From IMG/VR virus record IMGVR_UViG_3300042673_000070, positions 1-63,046 of that record: 63,046 nt of DNA; one strand, written 5' to 3'. The stretch's first letter is position 1; the number at the start of each line of letters is the position of its first letter. The stretch comes from a virus (lineage: Duplodnaviria; Caudoviricetes). Below, in pieces: positions 47,945-60,286 of the stretch. The translations under genes and the position numbers were made by a program. The notes under the pieces were generated by a model. It worked only from the letters and a program-made list of their open reading frames with translations, was not told the origin of the DNA and did no database searches.

Positions 47945-49776
47945 GGATGCGTCCTCTTGTATTCGTCAAACTCGGCTTTGAGTTCTTGGATGGCCTTGAT
48001 CAGCGGAGCAATGAGTTCGTTGTAGCCTATTGATTTAACGTCGTCCCCCCCTTTGATGGTGTGGTCTTGATATCCACCAAAATCGACGCCCATTGAATCC
48101 GCTACTGCTTTGACTTCTTGCGCGATCAAGCCGTGATGATAACGAGTACGCGCCTTTGTACCGTTGTGGGTAATGTTTGCAAGTTTATTTGCTTCACTCC
48201 ACGCTTTCAGCGCAGCTTGATACTCTGCATCAGATGCGTAGTCCTTTCTGTTGGGCCTTTCCGTTCTGTAGTCTTCACGCATATCCCACTTAAAATCTCG
48301 TGGGCGCAAAGCCATTATGAAATTCAAGCCTAACTGCGTGTCACGGATTGCCGTTTTATCGCGCACATCAGAACGATCTTGAACCGCCCCATACGCATAC
48401 GTAGTCGTGCTTGAGTTGCCTAGCTGAACTTGGTTGCTACCACTGACTTGAGCGTTGTATCCAAGGGCAGAAGCGTTTGAGGTGTTTATGAAGGCGTTCG
48501 CCAACGATACCGTACCAACGCCTGTGTTGTAGTTTCCGGTGGTTATGTCAATACCAGTCCATCGACCAACAAATACGTTGGAGTTTCCAGAAGTAAGTAC
48601 GTCGCCAGCGCCGTAGCCCAAGCAGGTGTTTTGATACCCACTTGTTATGCCGTAGCCTGAAGTTGATCCGACGCAGGTATTTTCATACCCACCTAGAATT
48701 GAATCACCAGCTTGTTGTCCTACAACTGTATTGTCATAACCAGTTGTGATAGACGTTCCAGCATCGTATCCAATACACGTGTTGTCGTAACCGGTTGTGA
48801 CGCTATCCCCTGCATTAAGTCCCAATGCAGTAGCAGTGCTGGTTGTAATACCGGTAAGGCTGGAGGTACCAGATATAGTGATAGACCCAGCACTATTCGT
48901 GATGGAAATACCGGTACCAGCAGTCAACGTCGAACGGGTATAGCCAGAGCCGTTACCAATCAATAACTGACCGTTAGTCGGGGTAGCCGTCAATCCAGTA
49001 CCGCCAAGGGACACAGGCACAGCACTAGCAAGGCTGATCGTGATCGACTGCGTACCAGTCGATTGAAGCGGCGAAGTGGCGTTGACGGATGCAATGAATC
49101 CGGTGCCCGTTGCCGTGATCGTGATTGACCCAGCGTTGTTAGTGATACCGACGCCCGGACCACCGTTCAGAGTGCTGAGCGTAAAACCCGTGCCGTTACC
49201 AACCAGAAGTTGCCCGTTTGACGGAGCAGCGGTGCTGCCTGTACCGCCTTGAGCCACGCCCAGCGGATTGGACAACGTGAGGCTTGTAATGACTGCACTT
49301 GTAGCAACAAGGTTAGTGATCGTAGCTGAACCAGCCGTCAGCGTTGTGATGTTGGCGCTAAGCCCATTGATATAGGAGGTCGCATTCACAACGTCCGTGC
49401 CGTTGCAGACCAGAATTATCTTGACGCCGTTGGGCACCGAGACGCCGGTCTGACCTGCCACTTTGACCGTAACTTGTCCGGACGAGGTGTTGTTGTAGAT
49501 GAAGTACAACTTCTTGTTGGCAGGGACGATCAGGTTGGTGTTGGTACCACCCGTGCCGGTCAACTCGATAAACATGTTACGAGCCACGCCCGATGCACCG
49601 TTCGGGATGGTGATACTCGTGTCCGTGCCCGTGGCGACTGCCTGAGTGACGTAGCCTGAGATGGCCTGTTCAATCAGCGTACCGAGGTTGGTATTGGTGG
49701 TATTACCCCACGCACCGGCTTGGTCTCCAGTACCAATAAGCTCGATGGCAAGGTTAGTTGAATATGTACTAGCCAT
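47941..49776 (-). CDS. Tail fibre with C-terminal intramolecular chaperone (peptidase S74-like)
   Basis: N-terminal WG.TTNTN anchor, 14-aa NT.xG..AG repeats, SDVRDK...HGLIAQEV...LIKAIQEL. Confidence 0.85.
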   Translation of the reverse strand: MASTYSTNLAIELIGTGDQAGAWGNTTNTNLGTLIEQAISGYVTQAVATGTDTSITIPNGASGVARNMFIELTGTGGTNTNLIVPANKKLYFIYNNTSSGQVTVKVAGQTGVSVPNGVKIILVCNGTDVVNATSYINGLSANITTLTAGSATITNLVATSAVITSLTLSNPLGVAQGGTGSTAAPSNGQLLVGNGTGFTLSTLNGGPGVGITNNAGSITITATGTGFIASVNATSPLQSTGTQSITISLASAVPVSLGGTGLTATPTNGQLLIGNGSGYTRSTLTAGTGISITNSAGSITISGTSSLTGITTSTATALGLNAGDSVTTGYDNTCIGYDAGTSITTGYDNTVVGQQAGDSILGGYENTCVGSTSGYGITSGYQNTCLGYGAGDVLTSGNSNVFVGRWTGIDITTGNYNTGVGTVSLANAFINTSNASALGYNAQVSGSNQVQLGNSSTTTYAYGAVQDRSDVRDKTAIRDTQLGLNFIMALRPRDFKWDMREDYRTERPNRKDYASDAEYQAALKAWSEANKLANITHNGTKARTRYHHGLIAQEVKAVADSMGVDFGGYQDHTIKGGDDVKSIGYNELIAPLIKAIQELKAEFDEYKRTHP

Positions 49777-49784
49777 TTAAAACC

Positions 49785-50480
49785 TCACGCCGCAATTTGC
49801 GTCCAGTTTGGCGTCTGTGTGTCGTTAATCTGTGTCCAAGTCGTCGTCTGCGAGTCGTCAACGGGAATCCACGGTCCAGTTGGAACCGGAACAATCTTAC
49901 CCCAAACAAGGACTTGACCAACAGCACCGGTTGCGGTAACGCCTGTAACGAGAACGACCGCATCTGCGGCAGCAGCAACTGTCCCAACCGCGCCTGTTGC
50001 AGATACCCCTGTAACTGGGACATCGACGAAAATGGCAACCGTAACCGTGCCAAGCTGCCCGGTAGCCTCGACTCCCGTAACCGGGACAACCGCTTCTGAG
50101 ATAACAGTAACGGCACCAAGTTGCCCAGTGGCTCCGACCCCGACAGCAAATACATCGGCATTTGCTGCAACAAGAACTGTGCCGGTTTGCCCGGTGGCCT
50201 CGACCCCCGTAACTGGGATGAAGGCTTCACCGAATACAGTGACCGTACCTATCTGGCCCGTGGCTTCAACGCCGTTAACCGAAGTGTTAGCGTCAGCCGC
50301 AACAACGACAGTGCCGAGTTGACCGGTAGCTTCAACGCCCGTTAAAAAGACGTTTGCTTCGTTTACAACGACTACAGTGCCAAGCTGACCGGTGGCTTCA
50401 ACCCCAGTTACGGCAACACGAGCGTCACCACTACCGAGATCGGCAAATGGCGCAGAAGCAAATGGGGTAAGGCCAAACAT
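49785..50480 (-). CDS. Repetitive structural protein
   Basis: About 8 copies of a ~21-aa unit V(T)GVEATGQLGTV. Confidence 0.7.
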   Translation of the reverse strand: MFGLTPFASAPFADLGSGDARVAVTGVEATGQLGTVVVVNEANVFLTGVEATGQLGTVVVAADANTSVNGVEATGQIGTVTVFGEAFIPVTGVEATGQTGTVLVAANADVFAVGVGATGQLGAVTVISEAVVPVTGVEATGQLGTVTVAIFVDVPVTGVSATGAVGTVAAAADAVVLVTGVTATGAVGQVLVWGKIVPVPTGPWIPVDDSQTTTWTQINDTQTPNWTQIAA

Positions 50481-50483
50481 GCA

Positions 50484-51026
50484 CTAGTATTCCTTGCCTA
50501 GGACATTTTTTGCAAATTGATAATCGGCAGCGTAGTAGTCTCGGGCAAAAGACTTCAGGCCATCTGTAACTGGCACGTTGATTGGTTTGGCCTTGTTAAA
50601 GTGTTCAAATTTTTTATCGCCGCCCATATCTTTAACTACTTCCGTAACCCCAGCAACCAAGTTGTCAAAGTCAATTAAATTAATTTTTGGTATGTTTAAC
50701 CAATCAACTTGTTGTAATTTAAAAAACGAAAGATGTTGATTCTGAGGTTCATCAAAATAACTTAAAAACTTGTCATAACTTAGATTGAAACCTTTTAGCG
50801 TGCTCAAAAATCTGTCTAGTGGATTTCTAAACACTCCGTACATTTTGTAATTTGCAATGTTAGGGTAAAGCCTCACTGCGTCTTCATATTTAACATGGTG
50901 ATGATTTGGCAATGAAGAATGAGTGATTAACCTAAAGTTAAAAGATGCTAAAAAATCTTTCGTAGAAATGCTTCCGCATTTGGGCGGCAAAACAAACGCA
51001 ATCTGCGCCTGCTTGTGGAACATCAT
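50484..51026 (-). CDS. Sulfotransferase family 2-like protein
   Basis: PAPS-binding-like motifs PKCGSIS and FRNPLDRFLS; Y..D...; AT-rich gene. Confidence 0.7.
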   Translation of the reverse strand: MMFHKQAQIAFVLPPKCGSISTKDFLASFNFRLITHSSLPNHHHVKYEDAVRLYPNIANYKMYGVFRNPLDRFLSTLKGFNLSYDKFLSYFDEPQNQHLSFFKLQQVDWLNIPKINLIDFDNLVAGVTEVVKDMGGDKKFEHFNKAKPINVPVTDGLKSFARDYYAADYQFAKNVLGKEY

Positions 51027-51445
51027 TACGGTGCTTCCTCTGGCGGCAAGTCTCTCCCTATGCCCATACTGCTTGTAAGGAGAGGCACGATATCCCAAGA
51101 AAGCGTACTTTCATTCCATATATAGAAGTTACCGTCATCTGGGTACGGTACAGGAGCTTCCCACTCGGTGGTGTCTTCGTTTAAAACCCAAGACGGAAAG
51201 AATTTTGGATGGATGAATACATCTTTTACTGGGTTGTAAACACCGCCAACAGCGGCGTAACGAGTTCTGAAATTATTGTTATACGACGTTTGTACCCAAA
51301 CAGTGTCGCTACCAAATAATGAACAACAGAACTCTACGCCAAGCGGTTCTGACTCGGGGAATGGCAAGTCGTTAATAACCGCGTTTTTTACAACGATTAC
51401 TTCTACTACGACGTTGTTTTCGTCAAGTCTTGCAAAATGTGCCAT
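51026..51445 (-). CDS. Tail-associated conserved protein
   Basis: MAHFARLDENNVV...WVQTSYN...WEAPVPYP, a type I recall next to Gly-rich fibre genes. Confidence 0.65.
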   Translation of the reverse strand: MAHFARLDENNVVVEVIVVKNAVINDLPFPESEPLGVEFCCSLFGSDTVWVQTSYNNNFRTRYAAVGGVYNPVKDVFIHPKFFPSWVLNEDTTEWEAPVPYPDDGNFYIWNESTLSWDIVPLLTSSMGIGRDLPPEEAP

Positions 51446-51448
51446 ATA

Positions 51449-52318
51449 TCACCATCTAACCGAACCGGAGCCGGTGAATATATAGATACGAAAACCGCCA
51501 GAAACAACGGCGGAAGGAGACCCTGTAATAGTGGCAGGTGCTCCAAAAGCGTCGGAGTATCTCAAAACAACTACACCAGAGCCGCCAGCCCCGCCAGCCC
51601 CGCCCGGAGATGGTGAAGTACCGTTACCGCCTCCACCGCCACCTCTATTAGCAGTACCCGCAGTAGGTACGGTGTAATAGCCGCCGCCTCCGTTTCCGCC
51701 AACACTTGACCCGCCAGCACCTTTAGTGCCACCGCCGTCACCGCCACCACCTCCGCCGCCAGCGTAGAAAAGGTTACTGAGCGTAATTGAAGACATTTGC
51801 CCCAAGCCGCCTGCGCCTGTGTCATAAGAGTAGGGTGGATAATATGCGCCGCCCTCTCCTCCAACTCCGCCTTTGCCGCCACCACCGCCGCCACCGGTTC
51901 CCAAGCCGGGCCGGGTATTACCCCCACCTCCGCTATTTCCTTGTCCCCCTGTGCCACTACCACCACCACCGCCGTAGCCACCGCCACCACCGGAGCCGCC
52001 ACCATAACCGCTTTCAAAGTCGATGCCGCCAGTACCGCCGCCGGTCATCGTAGCCACAGATGAAATAGCAGAGTTGCTACCGTTATTACTTGAGGCTCCA
52101 CCACCGCCAACAGTGACGGTGTAAGTAGTACCACGCACTGGGCTAAAGGTGGCTCCGGCATTGCTCATACCCCCTGCGCCACCACCACCGGCTACATAAG
52201 CGCCCTCGCCGCCCGCTGCTCTACCACCAGCACCGCCAGCAACTATGAGGTATTGAACCGATGATGGAATAGGTGCCCCGTATGGAGCCCCAATAAATAG
52301 TTGCTGCAAACCACTCAT
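51449..52318 (-). CDS. Glycine-rich tail fibre tip/adhesin
   Basis: YLIVAGGAGG, polyglycine runs, GGSGVVVLRY. Confidence 0.75.
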   Translation of the reverse strand: MSGLQQLFIGAPYGAPIPSSVQYLIVAGGAGGRAAGGEGAYVAGGGGAGGMSNAGATFSPVRGTTYTVTVGGGGASSNNGSNSAISSVATMTGGGTGGIDFESGYGGGSGGGGGYGGGGGSGTGGQGNSGGGGNTRPGLGTGGGGGGGKGGVGGEGGAYYPPYSYDTGAGGLGQMSSITLSNLFYAGGGGGGGDGGGTKGAGGSSVGGNGGGGYYTVPTAGTANRGGGGGGNGTSPSPGGAGGAGGSGVVVLRYSDAFGAPATITGSPSAVVSGGFRIYIFTGSGSVRW

Positions 52319-53121
52319 GTCAGATTGCCAGACAGAATGCAGTACGACGGGTTGATGAAAAGAATGTTGGCAATGCCACGGGTAGCCAGCGTAACGCCAG
52401 TACGGTTTGTGTTGGTACCGACCACGTAGGCGGTCGTAGTGCTGATGTTGATACTGACGTTACCCGTCGTGTCGTTGTAGACAGAGATGGCGTTGCCAGT
52501 CGAGAAGGTGTTGTTCGGTACAAGTACCTTTCCGCTAGTGCTAACCGTGACGAACTCACCAATGTCAGTGACGGTAAGGGTGTACTCGGATGTTTTAGCA
52601 GCACCGGCTGACGGGATGTTGCGAACGTTACCAGCAACGTCAGAGATGACACCACTTAACCCCGGGACATCTGTCGTGGTTCCGACGAGGAGATTGCCAG
52701 TGGTAGTCAGTCGAACCTTCTCAGCACCGTTGGTGTAGAAGGTCATCGGGAGGTAGGAGCCGGTGCCGCGAATACCAGCGGTTATACGACTATCTGACCC
52801 ATTGATAACGAGCAGCTGTGTATTGGAACAGCTGTTAAAATCAGATCCGGACTCAAGAATTAAACCAGAAACCGTCCCAGTTCCATTCGGCAACACTTCA
52901 ATATTTGTATTGCCATTAGTCGTGCTTGATTGAAATGCTAAACGGTTAGCAGCCGTCGCATTGCTAAAGTCACCCGTGATGCGTTGGGCGGTGCCTGCGA
53001 AGTTAAAATTACCAGACGAATCAATAGTCGTCCGCACCACGCCGCTCGTGGCAAGACTCAAAGTAGCAGAGCTATCTGCTGTCAGTATTATGCCATCAAC
53101 GGCGGCGTTAATTGTAGCCAT
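52315..53121 (-). CDS. Tail fibre protein
   Basis: 268 aa, GNLLVGTTT fibre motif; N-terminus similar to the neighbouring fibres. Confidence 0.7.
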   Translation of the reverse strand: MATINAAVDGIILTADSSATLSLATSGVVRTTIDSSGNFNFAGTAQRITGDFSNATAANRLAFQSSTTNGNTNIEVLPNGTGTVSGLILESGSDFNSCSNTQLLVINGSDSRITAGIRGTGSYLPMTFYTNGAEKVRLTTTGNLLVGTTTDVPGLSGVISDVAGNVRNIPSAGAAKTSEYTLTVTDIGEFVTVSTSGKVLVPNNTFSTGNAISVYNDTTGNVSINISTTTAYVVGTNTNRTGVTLATRGIANILFINPSYCILSGNLT

Positions 53122-53153
53122 GGCTTATGCTCCAGCAGACCCCTACGGCCATT

Positions 53154-54650
53154 TTACTCTCCTAATTTTGCTTTCAGCACGTTCACTTCGGCTGACAATT
53201 CTTTCACGGCGTTGACCAAGTGCCATACCAAACGGTCAGAGTTTACCGCCAACACGCCTGTGGACTCTTCCTTCACGCACTCAGGTAGCACCTCCTGAAT
53301 CTCCTGCGCGATCACGCCAAGCTGCACACCCGGCGTTTTGATAGCGGCAGACTTCGGCAATTCAGGATCAATCTCGTCCTCGGTGCGGTACTCGAAGTTA
53401 CGGACGCGAAGTTGGTTGATCTTGGCAAGGCCATCGTTGTTATCGACGATGTTTTTCTTAATTCGGCGGTCTGATGTTGTAGCCCAAGTGGTCGTGTTAT
53501 TGCCCTGGTACATGCTGCCGCCAGCAGGGTTGATGAAGCCTGTACTGCTTCCCTTACCAGTCGTGTCGTATCCAATAGCGATTTCATTGTTGTTTGTAGC
53601 TGCTGATCCACGCGCCAGTCCGCCGACGTAGGTGTTGTGGAATCCTGTTGTTGTGGCGGTTACATAATATCCAGCTTGCTCGCCAATAAAGACATTATAA
53701 TTTCCAGTTGACAGGCTAAATCCGGAATAGTATCCAATACAGTTGTTTCCGATTCCTGTTGTAATTCCATATCCAGCATAAAAACCAAACCCGTTATTTC
53801 CAGCCCCGGTTGTTGCAGAATAGAGAGACGCAAAACCAACAGCCGTGTTGTAGTTCGCCGTGGTCACATTGCGTAAAGTTTGGCTTCCAACCGAAGTCGA
53901 ATACGATCCGGTTGTTTTTGCATACTGACTAAGATAGCCAATAGCTACGTTATCTATGCCAGTGGTATTGCCATACATGGCACCTACGCCGACAGCGGTA
54001 TTCGCGTTTCCTGAGGTATTTGACTGTAACGGACCGCCGACCACACCGGGAATGTGTGCACCAACGGCGGTATTTGAGTTTCCGGTTGTGTTTAACTCAA
54101 GTGCAGACCTACCAAGAGCCGTGTTTCCGTAACCTGTTGTATTAGCATTTAATGCACTATAGCCGTTCGCGGTGTTGCTCGATCCTGTGGTATTGGCATT
54201 TAGCGCAAGCTCCCCCGTGACCGTGTTGCTCTGGACAGAACTCGCACCTCTGCCAAAGCGAACAGAGTTCAACCACGCATCGCCGTTGACATCAAGCAAG
54301 CGACCGGCTGTTGGGGTTTTGCCAATACCAACGTTGCCCGACGAGTCGATATGCATCCGTTCGGTGGCAGCCATCTGCCAACTGTAAATAGCGTTAGCAG
54401 AAGTATTCCAGACAAAACTATCCGTCGCCCCAGCGGTCGGGGTGCAATCCATAGTCACGGAGCCAGTTTGAAGTCTGAAGGCTCCTAGAAGTCCAACCTC
54501 TAACTTTCTGCTCGGTGAATTTACTCCAACTCCAACATTCCCCGACCCATCAATAGCCATACGGGTCGTACCACCCGTAGCAAGATTTAACGTGCCACTA
54601 GTGTCGCCTGTGATGACAACTCCGCTGCTGTTTGCATTGATCGTGGACAT
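53154..54650 (-). CDS. Tail fibre with intramolecular chaperone (peptidase S74-like)
   Basis: GNVGIG motifs, NTAxG..AL..NTTG repeats, SDRRIKKNI...GVIAQEI. Confidence 0.85.
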   Translation of the reverse strand: MSTINANSSGVVITGDTSGTLNLATGGTTRMAIDGSGNVGVGVNSPSRKLEVGLLGAFRLQTGSVTMDCTPTAGATDSFVWNTSANAIYSWQMAATERMHIDSSGNVGIGKTPTAGRLLDVNGDAWLNSVRFGRGASSVQSNTVTGELALNANTTGSSNTANGYSALNANTTGYGNTALGRSALELNTTGNSNTAVGAHIPGVVGGPLQSNTSGNANTAVGVGAMYGNTTGIDNVAIGYLSQYAKTTGSYSTSVGSQTLRNVTTANYNTAVGFASLYSATTGAGNNGFGFYAGYGITTGIGNNCIGYYSGFSLSTGNYNVFIGEQAGYYVTATTTGFHNTYVGGLARGSAATNNNEIAIGYDTTGKGSSTGFINPAGGSMYQGNNTTTWATTSDRRIKKNIVDNNDGLAKINQLRVRNFEYRTEDEIDPELPKSAAIKTPGVQLGVIAQEIQEVLPECVKEESTGVLAVNSDRLVWHLVNAVKELSAEVNVLKAKLGE

Positions 54651-55542
54651 TACTTCGTCTCCAGAGCGGCAACCTTGGCCTTCAGTTCATCAATCATCGT
54701 CTGCTGTTCTTGGATGGCTTTGGTCAGCAGAGCCACCATGTTGCCGTAGTGGATAGCATCAGGTCGGCCTTCCTTGTTGTACGAAACAAACTCGGTCAAA
54801 CCTGCATCATGTACTTCTTCGGCAATCAAGCCGCCGAATACGGTATCTCCGTCTTTTTTGCTTTTATAAGTAACGCTTCGAAGTTTGAGTACTTCAGCAA
54901 GGCCGTGTGTGGCGTCGGTTACGTCTGATTTGTATCGAAGTGACGAAGTTGATCGGAGAAGAAAACCATTTACATCAACAACGACGTTGGCACTAGAACC
55001 AGTCGTGTTGTAGTACGGCGATGCAGCCGCAGTTCCGGTGCTTAATCCACCGTCATTTTGAACGTAAAAAAGATTTGTTGTTGCGCTGTTTCTAAAAATT
55101 ACAGAATAATTTCCATTGGTTGTGTCAGAACCAACAACATAAAAACGACAAACAGATAATGGGGTGGCTCCAATACCGACGTTGCCGGATGAGTTAAGAG
55201 TTACTGCACGACGTACATACGCGCCGCCAGAATCGTATTGGTTGATGCCTAGGCCACCAGAGCCGCCATCGTCAATAAAACCAACAGATGCGTTGCCGGT
55301 GTAGCCTGAAGTGCCTAATAGCCACGCATAGCCGCCAGTTGCGACTTGCAAGTTAAGGGCAGTTTGTGTTCCAGCACTAACGTGTAGCCTTCCTGATGGC
55401 GAAGCCGTCCCAATACCGACGTTGCCAGCAGAAGTAATTGTTGCAGCCGTGACCGTGCCGCTGACTTGGAACGTGATAGCCCCGGTTGTGTCACCGGAAA
55501 AGGTCAGCGCAGTTGGAACCGTTACACCTGACGTAATCGTAC

Positions 55543-55546
<4 letters not shown>
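54650..55546 (-). CDS. Tail fibre with intramolecular chaperone (peptidase S74-like)
   Basis: GNVGIG motifs, SSLRYKSDV...GLIAEEV...LTKAIQEQ; start MSTITSG overlaps the upstream stop. Confidence 0.85.
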
Positions 55547-57447
<1,901 letters not shown>

Positions 57448-57459
57448 GTAACCCTCCTA

Positions 57460-57915
57460 TTAAGCGATACGCAGAATAGCAGTCGTCGAAGTCGGAGACG
57501 GGAACTGGATGGTGAAGTTACCAGCCGTAGAAGTCTTGTCACCGCCAAACGCCAACACCGCAACTGCCTTGTTACTCTGAGTCGCGTTGTAGATCAAAGC
57601 ACCGTTGGCTGTGATTGTCGCGCTCGGGAAGGTCAGATCATCGAAGTCGATGAACGCTGTGGTACCACTGGAGGTTGGCACCTGCGAGATCGTCAACGTC
57701 AGCCCACCCGCCGGGTAGTTCGTACCGGACGAAGAGACCTCATCCGCCGAAGAGTACACCGTGGTGGTCGCACTCAACGTAGCCGACGAAGTAAAGAGGG
57801 CCAGCTTGAACACATCCGCAGCCGTCGAAGCGCGGATCACGCCGGTACCAAAGTTGTGGATTCCGTCAAGGATTTCTACCTTGAACGAAGTCGTCATTGC
57901 TTGAGAAATAGCCAT
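57460..57915 (-). CDS. Conserved virion structural protein
   Basis: 151 aa; SFKVEIL, FKLALFT, GALIYN, FGGDKTST. Confidence 0.65.
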   Translation of the reverse strand: MAISQAMTTSFKVEILDGIHNFGTGVIRASTAADVFKLALFTSSATLSATTTVYSSADEVSSSGTNYPAGGLTLTISQVPTSSGTTAFIDFDDLTFPSATITANGALIYNATQSNKAVAVLAFGGDKTSTAGNFTIQFPSPTSTTAILRIA

Positions 57916-58163
57916 CAGAGGTCTCCAATTAAGTGTGCGATTTCCGCATAGCCTTGTTGATCTAGCTTTTTACATATCATGCTGCGCTCGGCTGCCTGAG
58001 CCTCGCTGAGATACTTCACTAGCCAATAATGCAGTGCTTCCTTCGAGTCGGCACTGAGTATGCGGTTAGCCGCACGTTCTGCAATCTCTTCAACAGTGTG
58101 TCCACGATGGTCAGTCGTTTGTACAAACACACTGCCGATTTCTGTACTACCGTTAAACATCAA
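57915..58163 (-). CDS. Hypothetical protein
   Basis: 82 aa, coupled to both neighbours. Confidence 0.65.
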   Translation of the reverse strand: MMFNGSTEIGSVFVQTTDHRGHTVEEIAERAANRILSADSKEALHYWLVKYLSEAQAAERSMICKKLDQQGYAEIAHLIGDL

Positions 58164-58798
58164 GTCACCGGAACCCTAGCCTGACCAGAGCGATACGCAT
58201 CCTGACGATCCAAGCCGTCACCGAGGCGCTTCAACTGACCAAGGGCTTCTTGGTACTTGTTCTCGTAGTGCGCCATCATGTCCTCGGCACCCTTCAAGTA
58301 GGTGTATGCCTCACGGAGCGAACCGTACAGGAGCACAGACTCGAAGTTGTTACCAAGCCACGACGTACCCGCATCGACAATCGACGTTGGGTAGTAATAG
58401 TAATGCAACTCCATAGTATAGGCTGCATCTGGGGTCGGCCCCAGCAACATCGTCGTGTTGTCGAAGATGGAGTAATACGCAGGTTTGCCTGACACTGCCG
58501 GAAACGGATACGACGCTCGGATGAAGTTCACATCCTTGTTGAGCAAATACTCGTAGTCCAGAGTCACAGGGTCAATCACCGCCATCGAGAACGTCGAGAG
58601 CCAATCGGACGGCAGAGACAGATATTGGTTGCCGTTGGTCGTCGTGCCCGTCACGTTTTTACGGATGGCCGGAATCTGAACCGTGTTGTAGATCCGCTCC
58701 TCAGCCAACTGCACGAACGTAGGGATGTTCGCCACGAAGCTCTGCTCCGTAGACTCACAGTAGTCCTGAATCAGTGTAGTTAACTGGGAGTAGTTCAT
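58160..58798 (-). CDS. Head-tail adaptor/tail tube-like protein, putative
   Basis: AEERI, GKPAYY, GPTPD..Y, LLYGSL.EA pattern. Confidence 0.6.
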   Translation of the reverse strand: MNYSQLTTLIQDYCESTEQSFVANIPTFVQLAEERIYNTVQIPAIRKNVTGTTTNGNQYLSLPSDWLSTFSMAVIDPVTLDYEYLLNKDVNFIRASYPFPAVSGKPAYYSIFDNTTMLLGPTPDAAYTMELHYYYYPTSIVDAGTSWLGNNFESVLLYGSLREAYTYLKGAEDMMAHYENKYQEALGQLKRLGDGLDRQDAYRSGQARVPVT

Positions 58799-58992
58799 TA
58801 GCTCCAACCCGTCCGGTATTTACCGTTGTTCTGCAAATTGATCTGCGAGACGAACTTCTTACCCTTGGTGGCAGCGCCCGCACCCTTCATGTCCATGTGG
58901 GTGACGCCCTTGTTGACATCCTTTTCAGGATAGCCATTCTCACCAGTCGAGTCAGTGTTCGGCTTGATCTTGCCGGGGTTTAGTTCTTTCAT
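58798..58992 (-). CDS. Small basic protein
   Basis: 64 aa, MKGAGAATKG; stop overlaps the next start. Confidence 0.6.
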   Translation of the reverse strand: MKELNPGKIKPNTDSTGENGYPEKDVNKGVTHMDMKGAGAATKGKKFVSQINLQNNGKYRTGWS

Positions 58993-58997
58993 GGCAG

Positions 58998-59174
58998 TTA
59001 CTTCGGGCCAGAAGACTTACGGACCGGGCTGCGCTGGTTCATCACCTTCGCCATGTTCCGACCGTACTTCTTCATCTCGCTGTTGGTCTTGCCACCAGCA
59101 CGCATACCGTGAGCCTTGCCCGCCGGAAGCGAAGCGTGTTTTCTCAACGCTTTCATTGCATCGCCGTTCTTCAT
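58998..59174 (-). CDS. Small basic protein (58 aa)
   Basis: MKNGDAMKALRKH...HGMRAGGKTNSEMKKYGRNMAK...; AGGAG RBS; below the ORF-track cutoff. Confidence 0.65.
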   Translation of the reverse strand: MKNGDAMKALRKHASLPAGKAHGMRAGGKTNSEMKKYGRNMAKVMNQRSPVRKSSGPK

Positions 59175-59183
59175 CTCAATCTC

Positions 59184-59561
59184 CTAGGTCACTACGACCG
59201 TTACATCTCCTACTTCACCAGCAGGAGTAAGCGTATTTGGGGTTAGAGCCGCATCAAAAGAACTCGCCCCTCCAACCGGGTTCCAACCCCATTGTATCTG
59301 ACGGCTACCATTGGCACCGTCATTACCGACCGCAAAATAACTCGTGTCCGGTCTCGGGTTCCGTAAAGCCTGCGGATCGTCCACAGGGTACAGGCCAAGA
59401 GACAACTGGGGTTGGTCAGGCTCCCAGCACTCCGGACAGACCAAGATATTCACGTTCTTGGTCTTCACCACAATCGACTTCAACTGTTTCAGTTTGTACT
59501 GAAACCCGCATCGGTCGCACATGGCGATTGCGTTCTTGCCACTTGCAAACCTGTTTGGCAT
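59184..59561 (-). CDS. Cys4 zinc-binding protein
   Basis: CDRCG...CPEC..PDQPQ...DPQALRNPRPD. Confidence 0.7.
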   Translation of the reverse strand: MPNRFASGKNAIAMCDRCGFQYKLKQLKSIVVKTKNVNILVCPECWEPDQPQLSLGLYPVDDPQALRNPRPDTSYFAVGNDGANGSRQIQWGWNPVGGASSFDAALTPNTLTPAGEVGDVTVVVT

Positions 59562-60286
59562 TAGTAGCCACCCAAGAAGCTCTCACGTGGGACAAACCGC
59601 ACCGCCGCCTTTTCTCGGTCCTCACCCGCCGCGAGATCCCACGCTTCGTCGTACTGGGCTTTCAATACTTGCGTACGAGCATCAGCACCGGGGATCTTCA
59701 TCGACAGCATATAAGCCAAGCCTGCAACCATACAGGGCAGGAAACGGAACGGGATATCTTGCCCATTCACGCCTGTACCGGGGTCAAACATCCGCCGCAA
59801 CCGCGTGTAGTACAACGTCCACGTTGTTGAGTTGTCAGGCTTCGGCCAAACCGTAAACTGGGGTTTCACCACCACATTGTCCGCACCCGTAGCACCCGTA
59901 CGCCGATTGATCCAGATCTGGATCGGGCGACCCGTCGCATTCTTGTTGGGAATGGACACGTAGGTACTGGATGAAATGCGCGAGATGTTGATGTCCTGTT
60001 GGTTCGTGCCAGACCCAGTGCGGATCACATGGTCAAGCAGGTCAACGGTGTCAGGCTCAAGGTCGTACGTACCGACGTTGTAGGTCAGCGTCTTGGTACC
60101 TTCTTCCAACGTCCAGAGGTTGATGCCTCGGTTTGACCAGTCCATCAATAGCAGGGCAAGACTACGCTTAGCCGTACGGAAGTCGTAACCCGTACGCAGT
60201 TCAGCACCGCAACGCTCGAACGCCTCTTCGATAATCGTGTTGAGGTCGAGGTTGAAGTCTGTCGTAGCTGTAGTCTTGTAGGCCAT
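59561..60286 (-). CDS. Head-tail connector/adaptor protein, putative
   Basis: IIEEAFERCG, WSNRGINLW, GRP, VWPKPD, GLAYML. Confidence 0.6.
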   Translation of the reverse strand: MAYKTTATTDFNLDLNTIIEEAFERCGAELRTGYDFRTAKRSLALLLMDWSNRGINLWTLEEGTKTLTYNVGTYDLEPDTVDLLDHVIRTGSGTNQQDINISRISSSTYVSIPNKNATGRPIQIWINRRTGATGADNVVVKPQFTVWPKPDNSTTWTLYYTRLRRMFDPGTGVNGQDIPFRFLPCMVAGLAYMLSMKIPGADARTQVLKAQYDEAWDLAAGEDREKAAVRFVPRESFLGGY

